A program made the position numbers and the translations under genes. Of a DNA stretch of 64,000 nucleotides, positions 1 to 9,160 are shown one piece after another; the stretch's first letter is position 1; each line of letters begins with the position of its first letter. The notes beneath the pieces are model-generated. The model did no database searches. It had not been told where the DNA came from and saw only the letters and a program-made list of their open reading frames with translations. The DNA is from Zygnema circumcarinatum SAG 698-1b (Eukaryota; Plantae; Zygnematophyceae), in NCBI GenBank assembly GCA_037447605.1, contig CM074810.1:2948880-3012879 (forward strand), read 5' to 3'.

Positions 1-1049
1 CTCCACCTGGCTTATTGACTCGGGTGCTTCCCATCACCTCACTTTTTGCCGTGATTGGTTCTCTCGGATCTCCCCCCTCCTTGTTCCTAAACCATTTTTT
101 TGGGGGATAATCATTCCCTGACTCCCACGCATTTTGGCTAAGTTTTCACTCTAATTGACGGCCAGTGCTTCATCATTGATGACGTCTACTTAGTGGACGG
201 GCTAGCAAAGAACCTGTTTTCTATCGCCGCCATCCTTCTTTTAGGCATTTTTGCTCTCTTTAGCTCAGATGGGGTTACCTTCTTTACCCCAGAAGCTGTA
301 GTTGGGCACGGCCACAAAACCGACCGCCTGTTTTCTCTCACCTCTTTTGCGGCCTCCCTTGGGCACACCCATGCTCACAAAACTGACTCCTCCTTCACCT
401 TTGCTCAGTGGCACCTCCGCTTTGGCCACCTTGCTGAAAGCATGCTGAAAGCAACCTCAAAACTCTCAGCCAGGCCTTAGTGTTGGGCTTAGACTCTTTT
501 TCTACCGAAAAGTTTTATTTTTGTTCAGGCTGTATTCAAGGAAAAATAACCCGATTACATTTCCCCTTCAACTCCACTCTTGTCTTTGAACCTTTGGCGC
601 TGATTCATTTTGATGTTTATGGCCCTATGCAAGATGTTTGCCTCGACGGCGCATCATATTTTGTCACTTTCATTGACCAAACAACTCATTTTACCCATGT
701 TTTTCCCATTGCTTACAAATCTGACGTTTTCTCCACTTCCAAGAGTTCAAAGCCCTTGCAGAGACCCTTCTTGGTCACCGCATCAAGACCCTTCGTATTG
801 ACAATAGCGGTGAATTTATGTCCACCGCCTTCTCCAAATACCTTCGCCTTCACAGCATCACCCATCAGACTACTACTCCTTACACCCCATAACAAAATGG
901 CGTCGCTGAGCGCTTCAACCGCACTATCCTTGACATGGCTCGCTCTATGCTCCACTTTACTGACCTCCTTATGGCGTTTTGGGCGAAAGCCATCTCCACG
1001 GCCACTTACCTTCGGAACCTCTCTCCTACCTCTGCTTTCCCACACAGCA

Positions 1050-1178
1050 TGTAACGAACGGTATGCATGGAGTGTATGACCTAGTACTTACATCCGCGGT
1101 TGCCTTTTAATGGTAAAGCACTTAGGTGAATACCGGGAGGTCCTGAGTTCGAACCCTGCTGGAGGCGGGTTTGTTGCA
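1050..1178 (+). mobile_element. 129-bp solo LTR (TGTAAC...GTTGCA) containing a tRNA-like Pol III cassette, inserted in the Copia integrase
   Basis: 5-bp TSD CAGCA at 1045-1049 and 1179-1183, TG...CA ends with a 6-bp imperfect inverted repeat. Removing it restores integrase ...FPHSTPYEAW. Internal A-box-like TTGCCTTTTAATGGT and B-box AGTTCGAACCC. Confidence 0.85.
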
Positions 1179-1306
1179 CAGCACCCCTTATGAGGCCTGG
1201 CTGGGCGGCAAACCCTTCGTCTCTTATCTCTGTATCCTAGGCTTGGGGCCACTGGAGTGTGAGTCGTTGAGGAGATGCTTCTCCCACTCGACTTGTACTT
1301 CGTCGT

Positions 1307-2311
1307 CTATGTTTCGACAACGTGGGCCATGGCCGCTCTCCTCTCATGTGTCAGCTGCATGCAGTCGAGCAGCTCCTTCAACTCGTTCACTGTCTGTCTC
1401 ATCATCCCGCTTGTCAGTTGCAAGTCCTCTATCACCTCTTTGAGGGCTCTAGCTTGGTCACCACCAGTCGTCTCCTCCATCCTCCTAGCACTGGTTGTTA
1501 TGTTGTCCACGCCTGTTGCAGCCCGTTCCATGCCTGCCAGCAGGATGGAAGTGGCAGATGTGAACGTGACTTGGGAGCTTGAGAGTGCCTCCATTGTTGG
1601 TAGTTGGGACCACACAATGGTGCTGTTGATGACAACATAATAGAAGTGCTTAACCAACACCTTACACACACCCACATTGTCTAAAACACCACGACTACTC
1701 CCTCCCTCCCTCACTATCCTGGCAGGGTGACTACTAGACGACATCGCCAGTCTAGGCTTGTCACCCTGACTGCCCCACATCGTAGTCATGACACTCCCGA
1801 GTTGTTGGGCCTCAAGTCCAAGGCATATCAGGTCGATCCTATCAACGACACTCGCGTGTTGCCTATCCATCAGGTTGTACAACGACTCACACATTGACAG
1901 GCACTCCTTCCCAGCCTCGACTGTCATCCAGTCACTGGCTGTCCTGGCATTGACTAGAATAACGCCATCATTGGACAACAGCCACGAGTGCCTTATCATC
2001 CCCACGACTGTGCTATGTAGTCTGACGTCGTCACATCTGACAGGCCAGTGTTTGACTATACTATTGGCCATGACTACACACGACGGAGTGTCATAACTGC
2101 CAGTGTGTGCAAACGCAGCGCCAAGTGTCGGTACGATGTCAGGACTATCATAGGGTGACTGTCCAACAATCACACATCTGACATGTGGCACACTGTACAG
2201 GCTGGCCATGTACGACAACATCGCGACAACTTGATGGCCCTTGTCCCTAATGCCGACTTCTCTTGACACGTCCAACACATGCCTGATAGTGTAGCCATTA
2301 CCAGTCGACAT
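1307..2311 (-). CDS. Uracil-DNA glycosylase (UNG family-1-like) fold protein with C-terminal coiled coil; virus-like, intronless
   Basis: UNG motifs in order: VRCVIVGQSPY (cf. VVILGQDPY), LGAAFA (GLAFS), TPSC (PPSL), SWLLSNDGVILVNA (WAxQGVLLLN), LICLGLEAQ (FLLWG..A), SSHPAR (HPSP). Heptad-rich C-terminal ~80 aa. Confidence 0.75.
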   Translation of the reverse strand: MSTGNGYTIRHVLDVSREVGIRDKGHQVVAMLSYMASLYSVPHVRCVIVGQSPYDSPDIVPTLGAAFAHTGSYDTPSCVVMANSIVKHWPVRCDDVRLHSTVVGMIRHSWLLSNDGVILVNARTASDWMTVEAGKECLSMCESLYNLMDRQHASVVDRIDLICLGLEAQQLGSVMTTMWGSQGDKPRLAMSSSSHPARIVREGGSSRGVLDNVGVCKVLVKHFYYVVINSTIVWSQLPTMEALSSSQVTFTSATSILLAGMERAATGVDNITTSARRMEETTGGDQARALKEVIEDLQLTSGMMRQTVNELKELLDCMQLTHERRAAMAHVVET

Positions 2312-2509
2312 GACGTATCAGGCAGTGTCTACAGCCTGGACAGCAAGTCGATGTCTTGTGTCACGACACTGTCATGTGTCAGACATCTTGTCTCAGCATC
2401 ACGACTGATGTAAGACACAAGCGTGACATACATAAACAGCGTCACCAGGACTGCAGACACGCCCGTATCAGGCACACCCCGTGGCTGGACTGACATCGTC
2501 ACCACTCCC

Positions 2510-3424
2510 ATGACGACACAACGGTGTGACATCGAGACTAGGGACATGGGACGTGGCTTGTGCTACTTGTCATGTTTAGACAACGCATACATGCTGTGTA
2601 ACTTGTATAGGGACAATGTCAGATGCGTCAGGCATCTACGGCCAGACATCAGGCATGAGTGTACACGTGCTGACACCATGGAGACTGTCCTACACATGAC
2701 TGCCTATCACAACACCCTGGGGTACTATCACATAGACAGCGATGGTGACGCCATATACCACGTGACCAGCATCGTGTTACACGCGTCATTGGCTGACATG
2801 CTAGTGGCATCGACACACGACGTGTCCAGGGTATACGGCAATGATAGGGCATGGGTGCCATCGGACATGCGAGTGTGTACAAGGCACAAGGGAGTGTGGA
2901 CATTGGATGGCAGACAAGTGCCAAGACAGCACCACGGCGTGTTAGAGGCGATGGCACTGATAGGCACCCCCATCAACGTCTTTAACAGTGATGCCGTAGA
3001 CGAGGCCAACGCGTCACCTGGACAAGTGTCTAGTCTTGTTTACGGACGCATCAGTGTCACCCTGATTGGCGCTGGTATCATAGGCATGCTGGCATTCAAC
3101 CAGCTGGTGGACATGCACCCATGGCTAGTCGATCATGGACAACAGCTGGATGCGTGGACACCCACTGACAATGAGGAGGGCATCATGTGCAGTGCCAATA
3201 GTGTTTACTCAACACTGGCTGGTAGACTGAGGTACACAGCACGTGGTGTCAGTGTCCAAGTGTACAGTGACATGACACATAGGGCCTTGATAAGACTGTC
3301 TGACACACTCAAGCATGCCGCGTCACCATCGAGTGCCAGTGGTGTCAGTGCTGGCAGTGTCAGGCAGCATGTCGTATGCTGTCTGATACGACAGCAGGCA
3401 GGTCGTAGGGCTGTAAGCCATTGA
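2510..3424 (+). CDS. 3'-truncated virus-like ORF with a putative N-terminal papain-like (leader) cysteine protease
   Basis: Open frame 2423-3424, first ATG at 2510. GRGLCYLS (Cys codon 2561) and IYHV (His codon 2759, 66 aa later) resemble hypovirus p29, potyvirus HC-Pro and closterovirus L-Pro motifs. The ORF ends at the junction back into Copia. Confidence 0.55.
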   Translation: MTTQRCDIETRDMGRGLCYLSCLDNAYMLCNLYRDNVRCVRHLRPDIRHECTRADTMETVLHMTAYHNTLGYYHIDSDGDAIYHVTSIVLHASLADMLVASTHDVSRVYGNDRAWVPSDMRVCTRHKGVWTLDGRQVPRQHHGVLEAMALIGTPINVFNSDAVDEANASPGQVSSLVYGRISVTLIGAGIIGMLAFNQLVDMHPWLVDHGQQLDAWTPTDNEEGIMCSANSVYSTLAGRLRYTARGVSVQVYSDMTHRALIRLSDTLKHAASPSSASGVSAGSVRQHVVCCLIRQQAGRRAVSH

Positions 3425-5484
3425 CTTCCTCCCTACTAACCTCAAATCTTACGCCGTACGGTTCCCCTCCCTACGTGACCATCGAATTTCATTCCCCGCC
3501 TTTTGTACCCCTTCCCCCCGACAGTTGCCCTTTTGGCCGCCGACATTCCCTTTGTCGCTTCCCCGACCACCCCCCCCCTTCCCCTCCCTCTGGTGCTCCC
3601 TCGTCCCTCCGGTGCTCCCTCGTCCTTTTCCATCGACCTTCCTCTGCCTGCTCCTCTCCCCTCCCCTTCCTCCTCTTTGACCGCTTCTCTCGTTTAGAGG
3701 GAGTTCTTCACCTTGCCCGAGCCTCCCGCGGAGCCGTCCCCTACCCTAGCAGACCCTTCCCCTCGTTCCTCTGCCCTCGTCACGTCCTCCCCACCACCCT
3801 CCCTTCCAAGCCTCCCACTTTTTGTCACCCCGGCCGCTCTCCCTTGCCATAACACTCGCAATCGTCGACCCACTTGAAAGCTTCTCGATTCTACCGCTCG
3901 CGTACTCCTCTCCTTCGCCATGGCCTTCGTTGCCTCCTCATCTACCCCGCCTACATTTGCTGCCGCTCTTTGCACCCCTGACGCTGTGGAAAACGCCGAA
4001 TTCCTCTCCCTCCAGAAAAATAACAGGTGGGACCTTGTGCCTTTCCCACCCGGGCGTCGAGCCATCGGCTCTAAATGGGTCTTTAAGATCAAACAAAAAG
4101 CCGACGGCTCAGTTGACCGCTACAAAGCCCGCTTTGCTGCAAAGGGGTTCTCTTAGCTTGAAGGCATTGACTTCACCTAGACTTATGCCCCGGTGGCCAA
4201 GTTCACTTTCATTCGCGTCCTCCTTGCCCTCTCTGCCATTCACGATTGGGAAATTCATCAAATAGATGTCAAAACCGCTTTTCTCTATTGGGACCTCCAA
4301 GAGACAAACTTCATGTGCCAACTTGACAGGTATGTCACTCCTGGCAACGAACACCTTTTTTGCCGCCTCAATAAGTCTATATATGGTCTTCGGCAAGCAC
4401 CGCGCATTTGGAACCACACCCTAGATGCTGTCCTTTTTGACAACGGCTTCTCTCGGATCGACATCGATTTCAGCATCTACCTTTGTGGCCACGGTCAGAC
4501 CCTTACCATTCTTGCGGTCTATGTTGATGACTTCATTATATGCGGTCCCTCCCTCCCCCCCATTTTAGATGCAAAACAGCTCTTTTGAAGCCACTTTGAC
4601 ATGACAGACCTAAGGGAACTTCAATGGTGTCTCAGGATTCGTGTCATTTGTAATCAAGCCGCTCGGACTCTTCACCTAAGTCAAGAAAAATACATTTCGG
4701 ACCTCCTTGACCGATTTGGGATGGCCGCTTGCAAACCCATTTCCACCCCTCTGGACGCTCATATTCATCTCACCTCCCTTGTTACTGGTTCCTCGACCCC
4801 ACAGAGCATGCAACTTACTGTTCCATCGTCGGATCTCTTATGTATGCCATGCTTTGCACTCGATCAGACCTTGCTGTCGCTATTGGGCAACTCAGCCAAT
4901 ACCTTCACTGACCTTCTTTTGCTCACCTCAGTGCTGCCAAGCAAGTCCTTTGCTACCTTCAAGGCACCAAGGCCCTGTGCCTTACTTTTTCCTCTTGCGC
5001 TTCCAACCTTGTCGACTACTGTGACTCAGACTGGGCAGCGACCCCGACACCAGGCATTTGGTTATTGACTCTTGCTTTTCTTTTGGCAGTGGCTTTATTT
5101 CTTGGTCATCTCGAAAACAGCCTACCGTTGCCACCTCCTCCACTAAAGCGGAGTACATGGCTACTTCCACTGCTGCTAAGGAGGCTGTTTGGCTCAGATC
5201 TCTCCTCATCAACCTCACTTTTGCTCCCCCTCAAGCCACCACCGTCGTCAGTGACTCTCAAGGAGCTTTTGCTTTCATGCAAAACCCCGTGCATCATCAA
5301 CGCACCAAGCACATCGATATTCAATTTCACTTTACTCGAGACAAGATCGAAGATGACATCCTTACCTTTCTTTACTGTCCTACCAGCAAGCAAACCGCCG
5401 AATTTCTTACCAAAGCCTTGCATCGGCCAGCCTTTGAGCTTCACCGCTCTACAGCCAAACTCCGAACTTTTGAATGAGAGGGAG

Positions 5485-5720
5485 TGTTGCGGATCAGACA
5501 TTCTCATTTTTGTCGTACTCTTTGTTGTTTTTCCAACCACGTGTACTTTCACTTCGCTGTCTTTTTAGCTTGTACTTTTTGTTTTTTTAGTTTGTACTTT
5601 TGTGGCCCTGTGCTTCTCACCTGGCCGCCCTTTGCTCAGGCAAGCTATATGCTTTGTTTGTCACGTAGCTCTTGTCATAATGCATATAAAACAGATTAGG
5701 ACATTATACATTTTACCACG
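5485..5720 (+). repeat. 3' LTR of Copia element
   Basis: TGTTG start directly after the PPT, T-rich U3 and a TATAAA-like motif. End approximate. Confidence 0.65.
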
Positions 5721-5789
5721 TTAATCACACATTTGTCTTTGTATCAACTTTCTCTTTGTCCTCACTTATGATCGTACAATGTCCACCTC

Positions 5790-6725
5790 ATCTATCTCAA
5801 TATTTTATGCCCCCTTTACAAAACATTTTGCTTGAGCTTGCTTGCTTATTACTACTTTTGCAACTTTTCAAACATCGCATTCATTGCACTAAGTATGTCT
5901 GCACTGCTTGCTTCTTGCCTATGCTAATTTTCATTAAAGATGTCCGATATTTTTGTAAGAAAATTTTCGTCATTTTTTGCCATTTTGTCCCTCCATTCAC
6001 GCGACTCCTCCTACGTGTCATCAAATTCCCTTGCTTCTTGTTGCCTTTCCTTCAGCCTAACTCTGGAAAAGTTTCTAGACATTGGCGCTAACATTGCTGT
6101 CACATTCTCGGAGGCATGCTGGTACGCAGGCTCCCTAGATTCTTCAAATGTATCCACAAGATAGTTAAGGAAAATAGTCTTGTTTTCTTCAAGTGTGTCG
6201 TGCATCTTGTTGTAAATGACTTCGGAAAAAAAACGCTGGTAAATCAAATTTCTTTTGCTCATTTCCACTAAGCAACCAATAACTCGACCTCCCACTCGGG
6301 ATTTGCTTCTCATAACTCAAAACCCTTTTAAATGCACGTAACATATTACCCCACTTATTTGCACACTAACTTGAAGTATACTTGATTCCTCTTTCCTCTA
6401 AGCGCTCAGAAACAAAAATCTAGATAGAGCATGTTGTTGCTGGCCATTGCTAGTTTGACCCACCTCCCTTAGGTACAATAACATCTATTGTCGTTTTCAC
6501 CTTGATCAATAGTAACGTTTCTTGTTCAGTCCATGCGATTTTTGATGGACTCTTTTCCACATTAGGCGATGCGGTTGGCCCTTTTGTTGTTGTCTTCTGT
6601 CGCCTTTGCATACGCGAAGAAGCAAAGGCAATGTCTGCATTTGTAGCAGCCTTTTTCTCAACTCTTTGATTAACAGATAGGCTATTGTAAATGACAATAA
6701 GCAATTGTGATTGGGGCTGCGACAC
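5790..6725 (-). pseudogene. Decayed Myb/SANT-like (trihelix) DNA-binding gene, transposon-associated
   Basis: KIAWTEQETLLLIKVK...QWP motif with in-frame stops; downstream helical/coiled-coil fragments (6011-6313). Confidence 0.5.
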
Positions 6726-7329
6726 TATAGATATTTGAGAGGTATAACTAGAACATGAACAAAAACCACCCCATGGCTAAGGCCTTGGATACCCCATTTT
6801 TCCACGATGGCAGCCGTAGAGAGGAGCTGAGGATTGCAGGGTTGAAGGATCATCAGGAGCGGGTGCCCCCATGTTGACGGCTTTGCCAGCATGGCAGTTG
6901 CACACTGCCAAATCTTTAATCGCCACGTGGCGACACGCGAATGGTCATAATGGCATTTCACCACCTCTAAAGCAACATTCTACCCACCGCATATAGCGAG
7001 GCTGCCCCGCTCCTTGTTGTCGATCGCCACAATCGGAAATGTTGCAGCCCTTACCCAACTGCTCGCCAACCCGCCTTATAGTGTCCTCTTTGGTACGGTG
7101 CAGCGCTCGGACGGGCAATGCCAGCCAAGCACGCGGTCACCTACAGTCATTGTGGTGCTGATTGCCATGTCAATGCCATGTAGGTGCCACGTCTGCCACA
7201 TCAATGCCACGACAATGCCACGCTTACATTTCCATCCACATCGGTGCCATGTTAACTAGAACCACTAAAATTAAACTTTGGGTCCTGCATCGGGTCATTG
7301 ACACACGCCTGCACTACCTGCCTACTACC

Positions 7330-9160
7330 TATTGAATTTGAACATTGCGTCCTTCACCGTGTCCTTGACACTCGCCCACTGGGGAGCGGAAGGTACTGGA
7401 AGGTCTGGAGTTTGATCTTTGCTAGAGGCATGTTTGCTACACAGCCTTGAGCGAACAAGTGAGGGAGGCCTTGCTTGCTTGCCAAGAGCAGTGTATGGCC
7501 ACCGCGCCCCCCTTACGCATTACCACCGTCGCATGGTTGCACGTACGCCTCTATCTATTCATCCATCTTTTTCTATCTATCATCCATTTATGCAGTTCTT
7601 GCTCTTTCTTTTATTGCAAAAATGGATCAAGGAATTATTCATCTCTATCTTTATCATCTAGGGTTGACTCCAGAAGATAAAGAGTGGAGCGCATTTGATG
7701 ATCCCTCTTATCTAGTGATGAAGAATGGATGTATTATAGGAGATGAAGAGCTTAAAAGGACAATATTTGCAACAGAAACGATAATTGAAGATGAAGAGGA
7801 ACAAAGACGCAACATGCCTATCAAGCCAAGGTATGTTAAAAATGTATTTTTCTTTCAAAGTATGTGCATTTTATGTCACTTTTTTTGAAGAATTATTGAA
7901 TTAAGGGTTTTCCTTTTATTTTTTTGCATGGCAACTACAACTCAAAGCCACTTATTAGTTTCTGGGGTAGAGAGGTTACGCCCAAAATCTACGAAGGCAT
8001 CATACCGCCCCAAAATAAAACAATTTGTTGCTAAGTGTGAATCAGAGGGTTGGAGGCCAGTTCCACATTCAGAAAGAGTGGCAGCATTTTTATTTTGGAG
8101 ATTAGACAATGGCATTATGAATGCAGGTCCTTTTATCTCAAGCACTTTGTCTAATAGTATTTTTGCATTGCAACATGCCCAAAAAACTATTGACTTTATA
8201 ACACATGATCATGTATCTTTGGGTGTAAAAGTAAGTGAAAACTTGCAAGTGAAGTATATGGTGGAGATGATGGCCTGCTCTACCGATGAAAGATGACTTA
8301 GGCAAGTTATCTTTTTGTTTTCTACTTTTTGCTTTTTGCTTTCTACGACGTGGCAACTGGCACCGCGGTGACCGCGCGCTTGGCCGGCGTCGCTCGTTCG
8401 GGCACTGCGCCGTACCTGGGAGGACGCTGCGGGGCGGGTGGGTGGCGGGGGGGCCGAGAGCTGCAGCATTGCTAATCGTGGCGATCGACGGCGGGGAGGG
8501 GGGGAGCCTAGCTGCAGGCGGTGCGCAGTTTGGTAGATCTAGAATTTGATCTCTGCTAGAGGTACATCGGGTCCTTACGCCTGCTCGCCGCTGCTTGCCC
8601 ACTGCCCATTGAATTTGAACATTGTGTCTTGGTACCGAGAGGTCTAGAGTTTGATCTTTGTTGGAGGCGTGTTTGCTACACAGCCCGAGCGAGCGAGGGA
8701 GGCCCTGCTTACTTGCGCAGAGCGATGTGTGGCGGCCGCGCCCCTTCCCCCCCCTTACGCATTACCACCGCATGTGCTACAGGTACGCCTCTATCCATCT
8801 TTTTTTCTATCCATCTTTTTTTCTATCCATCCATTTATGGTTTACTTACCTCTTTCTTTTATTGCAGAAATGGATCCAAGAATTCCTCATCTCTATCTTC
8901 ATCATCTAAGGTTGAGTCCAGAAGACGAAGAGTGGAGCGTATTTGATCATCCCTCTTATCTAGTGATGAAAAATGGATGTATTGTAGGAGATGAAGAGCT
9001 TAAAAGGATGATATTTGCAGCAAAAACGACTATTGAAGATGAAAAGGAACAAAGACGCAACATGCCTATCAAGCCAAAGTATGTTAAAAATGTATTTTTC
9101 TTTCAAAGTATGTATATCTATGTCACTCTTTTTGAAGAATTATTGAATTAAGGGTTTTCT
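7330..9160 (+). repeat. Diverged direct duplication 7330-7912 / 8608-9160, plus inverted pair 6980-7145 / 8360-8528
   Basis: Both direct copies encode MD(Q/P)xIxHLYLxHLxLxPEDxEWSxFDxPSYLVMKNGCI. The reverse complement of 8360-8528 aligns with 6980-7145. Confidence 0.9.
7622..8296 (+). pseudogene. N-terminal fragment of a Crypton-like tyrosine recombinase gene (probably 2 exons)
   Basis: RPKSTKASYRPKIKQFVAKC...VAAFL...STLSNSIFAL resembles the core-binding domain of Crypton/DIRS recombinases (RPKNTxxAYxPKxKEFxxWC). Upstream exon 7622-7830 ends at a GTATGT donor. No catalytic domain is present. Confidence 0.5.

Larger units (their letters stand above)
1..5720 (+). mobile_element. Decayed Ty1/Copia LTR retrotransposon (5' part outside window), interrupted by a solo LTR (1050-1178) and a foreign 2.2-kb segment (~1245-3424)
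   Basis: Copia domain order: protease WLIDSGASHH (~8-37), GAG-pre-integrase WHLRFGH...CSGCIQGK, integrase LIHFDVYGPM / QNGVAERFNRT / TPYEAW, RT (WDLVPFPPGRRAIGSKWVFKIK, QIDVKTAFL, LNKSIYGLRQAPRIW, YVDD), RNase H (ISWSSRKQPTVATSSTKAEY, RTKHIDIQFHF). PPT GAGAGGGAG at 5476-5484 followed by TGTTG at 5485. Many stops and frameshifts. The 3' end of the LTR (~5720) is uncertain. Confidence 0.95.

Noticed and set aside
1094-1168. Functional tRNA gene (GAA anticodon-like loop)
   Set aside because: The anticodon and T stems pair poorly and it lies inside a TSD-flanked LTR, so it is treated as tRNA-derived.
1275-2096. Plus-strand ORFs antisense to the UDG-like gene
   Set aside because: In-register shadow ORFs with no recognisable motifs.
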